A stretch of 64,000 nt of DNA from Balanoglossus misakiensis (Eukaryota; Animalia; Hemichordata). The stretch is from assembly GCA_040954595.2 (NCBI GenBank), contig CM082586.2, positions 9,145,337 through 9,209,336 of the forward strand. The letters run 5' to 3'. Under the pieces are notes generated by a model that was given only the letters and a program-made list of their open reading frames with translations, had not been told where the DNA came from and did not search any database. Made by a program: the position numbers and the translations under genes. Below, piece after piece: positions 12,795 to 25,189 of the stretch. The first letter of the stretch is position 1, and each line of letters opens with the position of its first letter.

Positions 12795-15560
12795 CAGTCC
12801 CAACAGCGTACAACAACTAAACTGTACGGGAAAGTTCCCGCACTAGTTGTAGCAGTGTTGTAGCAGAGATGTTACGGCAACACCTCTTTTGTTGGTTAAT
12901 TGATGTTTTTTGTCTTAGTTTACGGCAACTACAAAGGTTCCCGTAGTTTGAAACAAAAGAATGTGTGCTCCATTACGGCAATTTGGGGCAGGTGTTACAG
13001 CAAGAAGGGCTAATGGGGAGGTGATTATCACCCTGATGTGAACAATAGTTGTAGCAATGTCTATGTGTGATAATGAGCTCCACCCATGTGGATTTTGCTT
13101 GGTTGGGGGCAATTTATGTCCTGGCCTCACTAAGCAAATAAATTCCTTCTAAATCTTGATAGCGAGCAAGTCAGTTGTCAACCTTACTAATATTTCCCCT
13201 GTCTCAGTAGCTTTACATACGCTATGCAGGGCTAGCTGACGGGCTTCAAAGTTTTGTGTTGTGACCTATGCAGAAAGCAAGCGGTTCTAAAAATAAACTT
13301 CCATAACAACATGTACACTTGGCGTAAGTTGGCAGGGTATTGACTAATATGTTGCAATTGTTTGTATCAATGTACATTTTGAGACAACTAGGGCAAGGCC
13401 AACAACCTGATCAGGATATTCAAATTAGGTAAAGACGCACTCAAAACAGCAATTATACAGCAATTATAATTACAGGACGTGTGCCATGCTGGTGACCAAA
13501 TAGACGCAGACGGACCTCCCTGGCATTAGTGATACCCTGAGTAATAAAACACCTGTTGTTTTTATTACCTTGTCAATATGTGTAAATTTGGCAACAATGT
13601 GTTGCAAACCTGATGCTATCAAGCAGAGACATGGCCCAGTGAAAGTCCAAATACATGTAATTCAGAGTGAACCATGGTGCGATGTGTATTTTGAGTTTGT
13701 CTGTTTTTTGCACTAGAATTCTGCAGATTTGTGAATAAAGTTGCAGTTCCATTTTGTGCGCATGTGTTGAGTTTGGCAGGAGGCCGTAATTGAAATGACT
13801 GTCTTCTAAGTTTTGGTGTGGGAAACACCTCTGACACCACTATGCATATCAGAGTGCCTGAAACTTTTGGACCCATGTGCTTTTTATTTACATGATGAAA
13901 TCGGCCACATGTTGACCTTGTAATTTATTCAAATTATTTGTCACGTCAAAAGCTGTTAGACACGGCAGCAGGACGTCTAGCCGCTCATCTTTTTACCAGG
14001 TCGATCGATCGATACTACCAGCACTACCACACATGTTGACCTCGTAATTTATGCAAAGTATTATTCACATCAAAAGCCGTTTGACACAGGTGGAGGACGT
14101 CTAGGCCCGGTCTTGCCGGCCACTCATCTTTTACCACCATGATTTGACCACTTGGCAAGTGCTCTGAAATAATAGGACTAGTTTCATGTTGTGAATGTAC
14201 GTTCGCAGTAATAAGTTTCTCATGAATATTCACGCACCCGAGAGCTTGACAAAGAAGCATTTGGACTAAACCACTATACCACTGTATTTTGTTGAAAGTT
14301 CAGCGATCAATACTGTCATGCATGCCCGCTCGTAGTAATCACTTTGTTGTCAACTTTTTTATTTCAGGAATGTTGATTAAACAATACATTGAACTGGCTG
14401 GATTTGAACAGAAAATGTTAAAATTTTACATGTGAATTTGAAACTTACCATCAATTCATTCACTGCGGCCACCCCCTCTCTGTCTGGATATAAAGGTCGC
14501 TCATTGAATGTATTTTATCAGGCGCGGACTTTGGGGGCAAGAGGTAGCCAGACAATGATTGACAGGCAAATTGTATCCAAATTCTGCCAAGTGCAGGGGC
14601 TTGCTTAGACTAAACAAATTGCGTGAATATATAATGAGTAAACATGTAGGTCATTCATCCCAAACCGGCCAACTAATTGCTGCCAGTCACTTCCCATCAT
14701 GTTCAAGCACTGCCCGTCGGAAAATGAGTGTATATCCATTGCCGTAATAATAGAATATTGAAATAATACAGACCATTACTACTTATGAAACCCTTCAAAA
14801 TTATAGTCAAGACTCTCAAAACTTGTCTGTTCTAAAGATCAAACTGCAGCGGGGGGGGGGGGGGGGGGGGGGGGCAGCAGGTCAAAAAAAATGAAAGCCA
14901 ATGTCTTTTAAGCTAAACCCAATTGTGAAATGCGTCATTGTGTTTGATTTTCCATTGGTCATGCTGTATCTCTCAAATATTAATTGGTCCAGCTCCTTGA
15001 AAGAAAAGAAACCCCAGCAAAACATGTGCATTCTACAACACTGGGGTAGGGATGTGTTGACCTCTGTTCATGTCCACAGACTGTTCTGTTACCAAGAGAG
15101 TTCAGACTTTGTCGATGAACATAACATCATTCCAAAACTGACTTCATTGGTATTTGATGTCAGCCCTTTGCCATTTTATTCTCAGACAGAGCTTCTTTTG
15201 TAAACTTTGTGATACAATGTTGCAGTGACCTGTTGCAAAAATGTTGCACTCTAGTTCTAGACCTGTCAATCACTCTAGTTGTAGCAAAATAATCAACACC
15301 TTAAACAAAAGGCATCACTCTGTGGGGGCTAATTGACAGGTGTTGCAGCAGTATTTATGGGTAGAGGTGTTAAGCTTCCCTTGTTAATGGCTTGCTGTAA
15401 AGGAGTTGCCGTAGTTTTTACGGAAATGTAACAAAAGGAAATGGGCCTTAGACAATTGTTGCAGCAAACTCTGCTACAACTAACAATAGTTCCGTAGGGT
15501 TGACGTACTACTTGCCGTATTCAGAAATGTACAAATAGTTGTTCTATTCTGTTGGGACTG
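12795..15560. mobile_element. 2.77-kb non-autonomous DNA transposon, TA TSD, CAGT...ACTG termini
   Basis: Perfect 12-bp TIR CAGTCCCAACAG, extending imperfectly to ~30 bp. The site reads GGTTAATA[element]TACATGGCC versus the empty monomer GGTTAATACGTGGCC. Subterminal GTTGTAGCA/TGCTACAAC repeats are present; there is no credible ORF. Confidence 0.88.
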
Positions 15561-16869
15561 TACATGGCCAAAAGCACTGTAATTGCTAATGCAACAGTGA
15601 TTTTAATTCTGATCTTTTGCATCAGGGTAAAAGGCGAAGCAAGCTTGATGATGCATCTGGGAAGATGGTGTTTCAAGCCCTTCACTTTGACATTGGTATA
15701 AAATGCCTACAGGGGGATTTAAAGTTGTCTGTAAATCCCTGGGTTAATACGTGTCCAAAAGCACTGTACTTTAACATTGCTAATGCAACGATGACATTGA
15801 ATCTGATTCTTTGCATCAGGGTAAATGGCGAAGCAAGGTTGATGATGCATCAGGGTAAATAGTGATGCAAGCTCTGCACTTTGACATGGGTATAAAATGC
15901 CTACAGGGGGATTTAAAGTTGTCTGTAAATCCCTAGGTTAATACGTGGCGGAAAGCACTGTACTTTGACATTGCATATGCAATGGTGACATTGAATGGGA
16001 TTCTTTGCATTAGGGCAAATGGCGAAGCAAGCTCAATGATGCATCAGAGTAGATGGTGATGCAAACTCTGCACTTTCACATGGGTATTTAATGTTAAATG
16101 TAAATCCATAGGTTAATACGTGGCCAAAAGCACTCTAATTTGACATTGCTAATGCAACGATGACATTGAATCTGATTATTTGCATCAGGGCAAATGGCGA
16201 AGCAAGGTTGATGATGCATCAGGGTAGATAGTGATGCAATCACTTCACTTTGACATGGGTATTAAATGCATATGGGGATTTCAAGTTGATGATAAATCCC
16301 TGGGTTAATACGTGTCCAAAAGCACTGTACTTTGACATTGCTAATGTAACGATGACATTGAATCTGATTCTTTGCATCTGGGTAAATGGCGTAGCAAGCT
16401 TTATGATGCATCAGGGTAGATAGTGATGCAAACACTTCACTTTGACATGGGTATTAAATGCATATGGGGATTTCAAGTTGATGATAAATCCCTGGGTTAA
16501 TACGTGTCCAAAAGCACTGTACTTTGACATTGCTAATGCAACGATGACATTGAATCTGATTCTTTGCATCAGGGTAAATGGCGAAGCAAGGTTGATGATG
16601 CATCAGGGTAGATAGTGATGCAAGCTCTGCACTTGAACTTGGGTATAAAACGCCTACAGGGGGATTTAAAGGTGACTGTAAATCCCCAGTTTAATACGTG
16701 GCGGAAAGCACTGTACTTTGACATTGCTAATGCAATGGTGACATTGAATGTAATTCTTTGCGTTAGGGCAAATGGCGAAGCAAGCTCAATGATGCATCAG
16801 AGTAGATGGTGATGCAAACTCTTCACTTTGACATGGGTATTAAATGTATATGGGGATTTCAAGTTGTTG
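15561..16869. repeat. Final block of the satellite array
   Basis: Same monomers; the array ends abruptly mid-monomer at ~16869. Confidence 0.96.
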
Positions 16870-16882
16870 CCCTACTGCTTAC

Positions 16883-19800
16883 CTATTGCAGCATTTAATC
16901 TTTTTGCCTCATTTTGACCAGAATCCCCAGGTGCTCTGTGTAGTCGTATCATGCGGTCAGTTCCATGAATTCGTATAAGTTCAGCATCTCTATATCTCAC
17001 TTCCACATTGCTGACACCAACACCTGGTCTTGCATCAGTCGTCTTGAGAATATTGCCATACATAGGTGCTTGAACAAAAGAGAGCTTCTGTATGATAATA
17101 TCACATATGTCAATCAAGCCAGTCAAACCAACAAAAAGGGCATCTTTGTTAATGGTCCTGAAATGTAAAAGATAACAAATAAGATAAGCATTCAAAAGTG
17201 ACTAAAAGCGATAGTTCCATTTTTCCAAAAGGGGAAATCTGACAGTAATGTTTTGCTGTGATATTCAACATCAGGGTTCGATAACAGAGCCAATGACTGA
17301 ACTCATTAAATAATTTTACAAATGCACCTTATTTCTCCCAGCAGTAACTCTGCATTTTGGATAACCTGTTTCACTGGCTCTAGCAAATCTGATGAACTCT
17401 CCTCCTGTCTTCTTTTCAGATATTCATCCAATCTTGTCCATGCCTGCTCCAAATGATGATGCAACCAAGCCAGCCTGTCACCTTCATATTTGCGAAATAC
17501 ACATTTTTGATCAGTTGTCACACATTCAACATCTTCTTGTACAGTTGTATCTATAAACAAAAGTAGTTATAAAGCATGAATTGAACTGCATAACTAAAGG
17601 ATGGATAATCACCAACAGGATTGTCCTCTTTAGCTGACAAAGGGGACTATGGTACAATAAGATGCATTAATTAAAGGGACATTAGATGTAACTTTGGCTA
17701 TTTTTTTCAGTATTTTGGATCTGTGTATATCAGCTTTACGTTTCTCTAGATCATGCTGAAATGCCTAGTATTCTCACTCTCAACATAACCTGTATATGTG
17801 AAATGACACTGTTATTGTTGACAAATGAATTCTAGTCTGGATTAGAAAACAATTTACAACAATAACAATGGTAATTATATTCATATAGGTTGTGTTGAGA
17901 ATCTATACACTGGGTATTTGATCATGATTCAGGGATCCAGCGTAGTTGAAAGACACAACAAAAATACTGAAAAAAACTTTTGTTTTGACTTGTCCTGCCT
18001 ACTTGTTTCAAAAACTATTTATTTTTGCAAAAAAACAAGACTTAGGGTATTTAATAATAATTGCTTCAGTGGCAGAGCAAACCTATCTTTAAAGTGGAAG
18101 ACTGTATCATGGACTTGTGCATAGAAAATCTTCAAAGCCTGGTTATTTGAAGAATGTCCTTGTTGCTTCTCAAAAAGCTCAGGCTCTTCTCTCCTACAAA
18201 CCAAAATGTATGGAAGTAGCTCCACACTTAGTATTTGTAAGGCAGGATATGTATCTGTTCAACAACTATACAAAACTCAAAATTTAATCATACTTTGGTA
18301 TTGTTAGAATGTTACCTTAACATCAAGTAGTCAGAGGCCCAGACACTTCCACTGCTCCCAATGAAATGTTTAGGTCGAATCACCACTACAGTTTGATCCT
18401 TTTAATTGACAAGTTCTTTATTTCCTTATAAGGGAATAAGAAAATTAGGAGATAATGTAAAAAGGTCTCATAAAGACAGGTTGATTCTGATTGGTCAATT
18501 CCTATATTAAATTACTCATTTCCCAAGTGTACAAGAAGTACATATGTGAACAATGTTTTGGATTTTTATATTTGGCAATTTAGATATCTGTACTAAGTAT
18601 ATTCAGCAAACTAGTGCATTAATCACACTTACCTTCAACAGTTACAGTTTTGGCAGAGATGAAGCGGAATGAGGTCGGAGTGACATGTACTTCAGGCGTA
18701 CTAAAATCATGTTGAGGGAGTTTGTTCTGTTTTTCCGGGTTTGTAACATCATAGATTACACCTTTCTTAACATCTCTTGCTCCAACTATTAAACCAAAAC
18801 AGAAGACAAAAACTGATTACATTTCATGTCACACAGCTTCATGCTTTCCAATGATATATAGCTCATATGGGTTTTTCACTATTTGAAAGAAGAGACTGTT
18901 TGGAAAGGGACTGTTTCTTGTCCTGGGCCCTTAATCCATGAATCAACAAAATTTTACTCACCATCAGTTCCTGGTCTTAGGTAAGCTTTATCATCCATAC
19001 TGATCATAAGGCTGTTTGACCATTCCGAATCGCTAAACATATTAAATTTAGCATTCTTCACATGTGCCCTCTGATGATGAGTGGACTCCGTTGAATGTAG
19101 CTCAGTCTTTGGTGGCTTTCTGGCACAAAACAAGGACTTCCCCATGTGTGCTTTTGCCTGTATGGATCGTACATTTCGAGGACGGCCTCTATTAAGAACT
19201 GTTGTTGCTGATTTGATTAATTTCTTTCCCCTTTGGAGCAGCATGTAATTCGCTAGGGACAGAAAATGTCTCTTCTTAACACGGTGGTGAGAGTAAAGTG
19301 TAATATTATGTCTTCGCCCATGTGCTGTACTTTTTTCTTCAACAGCTTTTGCGATGAAAAGTTCATCCTCTGTATCTAGAAGGCGAGGTGCACCTCCTCC
19401 AAGCTTTCTACGCTTTACCCGATTTTCTTCCAGCAATGTTTGAGCGATCCGCTTCTTAGATTGCAGGGCTCGTCTCCTACTACTTTTATCTTCTGGAGTT
19501 AACAATAATGCTAATTCCCGCTTTCGTTTTTCTAAGCAATCTCTCTCTGCACATAGATCACTTCTTCTTTTATCAGACAAACTACAACTGTCTAGTCTGG
19601 CATCAACATCTTCTATTTGCTGTACTATTTTGTTAATCTTTTCCTTCACCCTACGAACAAGGACATCTTGGGCTGCTTCAGTGGCATTTTTGAATTCTTC
19701 TGCAGAAACTAACACTTTGGAAAGAAACTGTACAGCTCTGTTTGGTTTTACTCCAAGCATATGCATGTCATTTCTTGAGTTTGATGCAAAAAGAACAGCT

Positions 19801-20384
19801 TTCACAACAGATTTATCATACTCTGTGTCCATGGTTGCAATGATATCATGCAGGGATTCGATTGTCAAAGGAAATCTTGCAGTATCTTTGCGATCTGTAG
19901 CATGTTCTAGTTCTACGAACAAATCAGTAAAGCTAACAAAACTGTTATTGAGTATGATATATCTACACCCTGCCAGTGTGACAACTGTTACATTGAGTAC
20001 GTGGTCAGGATGTAGCAGTTGGTCACGGAATTCATGTTCAGTTGGCTGAGTTTCAAAAAATCCGCAATACAGTCCATAGACATCTTTGAAGCGTAAATAC
20101 CCTTTCACCTTTCCATCAAAATCACTTCTCACCATCAATTGGTGTACAACATACAGCAGGCCTTGGACGATTTTCTGTTTCTCGGGCGCTTTTCTGTGCA
20201 CGTCCAAGAGTGCCTCGAGCTTCCCCTCACATTGTTCCGGTTTACACGTTTGTTGTGATACACGTTCGTACCCGCCACCAACCTTGGACTGCTTCCGCGA
20301 GGCACTTCTCCTCTCCGAAAATGTCAACTTGACGCGATCTTTCTCGCTTTCTTTAGAAGACGGACCGAGAGCGACATCAGCCAT
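16883..20384 (-). pseudogene. Zator-like DDE transposase, multi-exon, 3'-truncated
   Basis: ATG at 20384. Exon 1 ends ISMDDKAYLRPGTD|GT; the next exon (from 18785) has KLPQHDF; the last visible exon has TTDARPG and RAPGDSGQNEAKRLN. These parallel Zator motifs DDKA, LPDHDF, DGGPD and APGxSxxNxVERR. The internal exons contain stops. Confidence 0.72.
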
Positions 20385-20625
20385 TTTGATTTTGAACAGT
20401 AAAAAGGTCACGTGTGTATTTATCGCGGGAATTTATCGCGCGCTTGGTACATTCACACCAAAGGTGGCATTTTTGCATTAAAATCAGTATTATGCGATTT
20501 TTTATCACTGAAATGTAATTTAATTTTCGTTTTGTGAAATATTTTTTTTTAAATCTTGAGCTTTCGGAAAAGAGGTGAACTTCCCATCATAACATTCTAC
20601 ACACGTGTACCTCCATAGTGTCATC

Positions 20626-22525
20626 ATGGCAGTGGAAGAGCAGCCAACATCTGATGAGAGCAACATTGCTGATTTCTTGCAAATGTGTGACCTGCACAAT
20701 TACACGCAATATTTTTTAGACGCCGGTGTTCAAAAAGCAAAGCATCTAGTTGATGTTGATGACGACGACCTTAAAGATATTGGTAAGTGTGGAATCTCAT
20801 CTCATCTCAGCTCTGTCTGCGGCTGCGGAGTCAGTCGCTGCCTGTAATCAGACAGGCAGTGTGTGTGTTTTCATGCATCGCCCTGCAACTTTGACCGGAA
20901 CTTTAATTTTGACACCTACCGTAACGTCTACGATAGCTTTTAGCGTTTAAAACTCAGATGAAATTGTAGCTGGGGTTTAATATAAACAATATTTCTACCC
21001 AGTTTGAAAAATGTTATATACCTCTTAGATCTAGAATATCTGCCGATTAAAAAAATGCATCTATTCTTAGTTGTACATTATTTTTTATGGAAAAAAGTGC
21101 TCTGAATCACAGGTGCAATAGCTAGTGGCAATGTGTAGAGATGACCATTTCTTTCAAATTTATATCCCTGAAAATTGCATCAACAGATATTAGAAATAAA
21201 TGCAGGCTGCTTTTATACTTTTATACTCGTTTGATAGACAACAATTAAGAATTAAATTTGGCTTTTCTGTAATAATGCATAAATCAAATATCATATATCA
21301 TGTATTGGGATATTGACTGATGTTTTGCCTTGTGCATAAAATACCCATGTAAACTTGTATGTAGTCATTTAGCCTTTTATCCGTATTTTTATTGATTTCA
21401 GGACTGTCTATTGAAATAAAGCGACTCAATAGGTTCAAAAGGAGCATTCTGAAACACCCAATTCCCAGCAAGGAGTCATTTCTCCAACCCAGCCAATCCA
21501 AGTCAGGTGCAGGTGAGAGCAGCAAGCAGAAACCGTGGATGCAACCTAAATATGGTTATATTCCTAATGGTAAAACAAAGCGGGCAGTCTTCATGAACCG
21601 GGTCTTACCAGACTTTTACTCAGCAAATTTTAAGTGGAGCAAAAACACAAGAGACTTCTGCAAGAAGTTTCATGAAGAGGGACGGCGTCAATACGAGTTG
21701 GAAATGAAATTTGAGCGCTTCCAAAATGACGTGGAGAAAGTGACAAGCACTAACAACCCAGCAGCTTTTGGTGTCGTTCTTGCTTCTGAGATTTTAAAAC
21801 CTCATCACAGCAGCATTATAGAACAGAATGAACATAAAGTTGGAGAAATCAAAACATCTCTTCAACAAGAGAAAGATAAACTTCTTTCTGATACCCAGCA
21901 ATGCTATACAAAAAATGGAAAAATAAAATCTGGCCACGAGTGTGCCGTCCATTTCAACACCAAATGTTTAACTTTAATTGAAGAGTTGAATAAGCAAATT
22001 GAAGAGTTAGAAATAAAGTTGTAGGACAGGAAGCAGAAAGTACATGAAATGTTTTCTTTTCATTACATGAAGCACACAAGTATTAAACGTAAAAAGAAAC
22101 CAAATAGGAGGCTAGCTAAGAAACGTAGAGAAAACAGAGATAATGCTGGCAAAAGAAGAGTAGCTAGTATTATTGCCCCATCATGTGACATACATAATTC
22201 TGTCGTCACAGATGACAAAATTCATTTTGAAGGTGTCGGAAGACTATATCTAAGAGATGTGAAATACATAAAATTACTGAAAAGAGAAAGCAAAATCACA
22301 AATGGTGCATTTGATTTAATCGCAGATTGCTTGTCCCACAAAGACTGGGCCATAAACTTTCACAGTGACAATGACTACAACAGCTGTGATGCTGATGATG
22401 ATAATGATGACAACGATGATGATGATGATGATGATGATGAGGGGAGGGTGGATGAGGAAAAGGAAGAGGAGGGGAGTGGTGACCATCAAGGGTACTTTAA
22501 TAGCGGTGACAGCATACTAGTATAA
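20626..22525 (+). pseudogene. SAM-domain protein with coiled coil, basic patch and acidic tail (one in-frame TAG)
   Basis: Exon 20626-20782 (IADFLQMCDLHNYTQYFLDAGV..HLVDVDDDDLKDIG) splices GT-AG to 21402 (LSIEIKRLNRFK), completing a SAM-like pattern. The TAG at 22022-22024 is in frame with ORF 22049-22525. Confidence 0.68.
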
Positions 22526-22553
22526 ATAAACCGAAGTGTCTTATTATTGGCTA

Positions 22554-22720
22554 GGTGGCAGCGTCCGAGTCCATTTTTATTTGGCAGAGATTATTGAGGC
22601 ATTCTGCATGTTGTCACATTGTAAGAGCAAGATGGGGACACCCCAGCGCAGTCGTCACAATGACAATATGCAGAAAGCATCAATAATCTCTGCCACATAC
22701 AAATGGACTCGGACGTCACC
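22554..22720. mobile_element. Hairpin MITE with ~65-bp inverted arms
   Basis: CGTCCGAGTCCATTTTTATTTGGCAGAGATTATTGA...TCAATAATCTCTGCCACATACAAATGGACTCGGACG. Confidence 0.7.
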
Positions 22721-23199
22721 TTTTCATAAAAAACTGTATATTTATGTATTAAGTTATTTTTGCGAAAAGTACATTTCTTACATAAGTTCTTTTATGATTG
22801 TGTTTGTTCTGATTAAAGATTTGTATTCATATATTCATATTTAAGATCACATACTGGTACATGTGTATGTTTTGTGAGTTGTGTGGTGTATTTTGTAGTA
22901 CAAGGGATGTCAATATATCCATACATGAGTGCCTATGAGCGCAAGTCTCTTTTCAGTATTTCTCTGTAACACTTCAAATTTTGAAACATTTTCGGTGTCA
23001 TCCTTGCACAAAAATTAGTGACCCTCCCCTTGACAAGTGCCCAAAATGTAGCGGCCCTCCCCCAAACCGTTGCATGAGAAATGGTGACCCTCCCCCCAAT
23101 CGCACCGGCCTTCCCCCCTGTTAATTCTGACCAGGCCCTTAACGGCGAAATACTGAACTTACAAACATAACAGTCCTAGCTTTAATATGAAATATAGTG

Positions 23200-24400
23200 T
23201 GAACACTTGAACAGGCAACCCCTAAATATGAAACTCAGTTCACTCAACATTTAACACTTAGAGTCACTGTCCGAATCTATAACATAAATCCGTTTTCTTA
23301 TTGGCTTATATTGCGATGCGTTGTCGCCCATGTTTGATCTCAGTGGCTGGTTGATATTTATACTGAAGTGAATGTACCGCCCGTTATCGTTTGACCAGGG
23401 CCAAACAGTGAACTTGAATGAACATTACGGGTGTCATCTGATGACTGTGCAGTTGTTGTGTCCGTTTGCGGGTTAGGCCTAGTTGACGATGGGGCCGATT
23501 TCATGTTGCTCATGATGGAGGACATTTTTAGCTGTTGTTTCTGTGACACTGTGGCGTAGTGAGTGATGCTGTTGACGTTCTTGTGTGCTGTCCGTTGCAT
23601 GATATGAGTCGAGGGTACATCCACGTTGTTCAGTTCTGTAACTAGGGTCGTCCGAGCTGAATGGTTCGTTTTCTTACTGCTAAGATTCGCCGCTTGTGCC
23701 ATAGTTTTCATCAGGCCTCTGAGGGAGTTGATGCCCAGTCGCTGATTCTTGTACCAGTTGTTCTCGTCAGATGCATTGTATTTGTGATTTACGGCGAGGT
23801 AAACTGGACTAACGGCAGCCATCATTGACATTGGACGCATTTCGGTAAACTTCTTAAAAGCTGCAACCGGACACAGTTCTGGGTTTGATTTATTTTCGTA
23901 CATTCTGGGCTTTATTTTTCTCGTGTTTCGTGGGTTTTCTCCTTGTCTTGTTATTGTCTGTCTCTCGATGTTGTATTCGATATATTTCACGATATCGCCA
24001 TCGATGACTTCGGTGCCCTCGACAATATCACCCAGTTCCATGGTGTAGGCCGAACTGGGTTGTTAGAAACCACCACACGGTATTCTGAAGTGCTGCTGGG
24101 CGATGCATACCAAGCTGTCCAGTATTGTAAAGTGCATCGACGTCGTCGGCAGTTAGTGGCTCGGTTTTATTGGGTGCGTTGCCCTAGCCCATAGCTTTTA
24201 GGTTCTTCTTTTAGCAGCGAAGACTCGTCTAGCGCCCTCGAAAAGAGCATCCGTTTTAATATTCCACTGATATTTATTTTCACGTAATAGTCGGTCGATT
24301 GAATTCAGGAAACTGTGCATTGTCGCTGGCTCATATTCAGTAGCCCGGAGACCAGGGCGTCGATCTAAAATACAACAGTCGAGCAATGTCATGCTGAGCT
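23200..24400 (-). pseudogene. Crypton-type tyrosine recombinase relic (DUF3504-like)
   Basis: Motifs YEPATMHSFLNSIDRLL, ERQTITRQG, ELCPVAAFKKF, WYKNQRLGINSL, KTNHSAR (H-x-x-R) and RTAHKNVNSITHY (H...Y), spread across frameshifted ORFs. Confidence 0.85.
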
Positions 24401-24898
24401 GAAAGATAGTAGCCCCGGCTACGATCAGGGTCGCTTAGTAACGAATGGATAACGAGTGATCTATCAAATGTTGACGGGCGCCAGTGGTTGGATGATATAA
24501 TTAACAAAGCTTGGTTATGAATATTCATACTCCTTCAAAACCACTCCCACATCCCATCGCGGGAATTTCACGCCTCTATTTTCTTATTTAGAATGCGATG
24601 ATGTCATTTGGTTTACATTGAGTGACCAATTAGCTTACATGCAAGATTTACCGCCCGTGTCGTTCTGCGCACAAAAAAACAAGGCATACACATATTTCGT
24701 AGATAATATGAATTTTTGTTGCCCAAAATGAGAATAACTTTTCACGTTCGCAACTAACGTGAAAACATCTATCTCCATGTAAAAACGCGGTCTTTTATGT
24801 GAACGTCAAACTTTACACAAAACTTGATGACGTCATAACAGAAATTCGTGACGTTGCGCGTTCACGTTCGCGTATAACGTGTAGACGAACCTCTCTAT

Positions 24899-25030
24899 TA
24901 GGCTGCGCAAATTCAAAACTATGTTTGACGTCACCCCAAGACCCCAAAACCTATGAGGGGGGGGGGGGGGTGGTCAACAAAACAAACTAATTATATATTC
25001 CAAAATATGCAAATGAGATATTATGAGAAA
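24899..25030 (+). other. Candidate left terminus of the Academ-like element
   Basis: TAGGCTGCGCAAATTC...GACGTCACCCC...poly-G has the look of a DNA-transposon end and lies outside the accessory gene. I did not find a matching inverted end. Confidence 0.3.
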
Positions 25031-25189
25031 TTGAAAGCAAATATCCATTGAAGAAAACCCTTGTCCTTAAACTTTAAACATATTTTACATCTAAATTATT
25101 CCACAGACGTTTACAGTGTCACGTTCAAAGATACTGAGTAAACAGTAAATTCAATATTAATGCACATACGCATATATCAGTTGAACAAT

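Larger units (their letters stand above)
16870..23138 (-). mobile_element. Truncated Zator-like DNA transposon carrying a divergent SAM-domain gene
   Basis: Zator-like transposase, plus one terminus reading TAA|GGGCCTGGTCAGAATTAACAGGGGGGAAGG on the - strand (GG end, TWA-type flank, C-rich subterminal repeats at 23020-23120). The other end is missing where the element abuts the satellite. Confidence 0.65.

Noticed and set aside
200-16812. Repeated 64-65-aa ORFs (MMQTLHFDMG.../MMQALHFDMG...) as a peptide gene family
   Set aside because: They are chance open frames in two of the five satellite monomer types. Monomer lengths of 194 and 175 bp break frame, and sister monomers contain stops.
1-16869. 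CRISPR array
   Set aside because: There are no unique spacers; whole monomers repeat, there are no cas genes, and the context is eukaryotic.
19630-20481. 139-aa and 131-aa plus-strand ORFs
   Set aside because: Antisense shadows of the Zator-like transposase exon.
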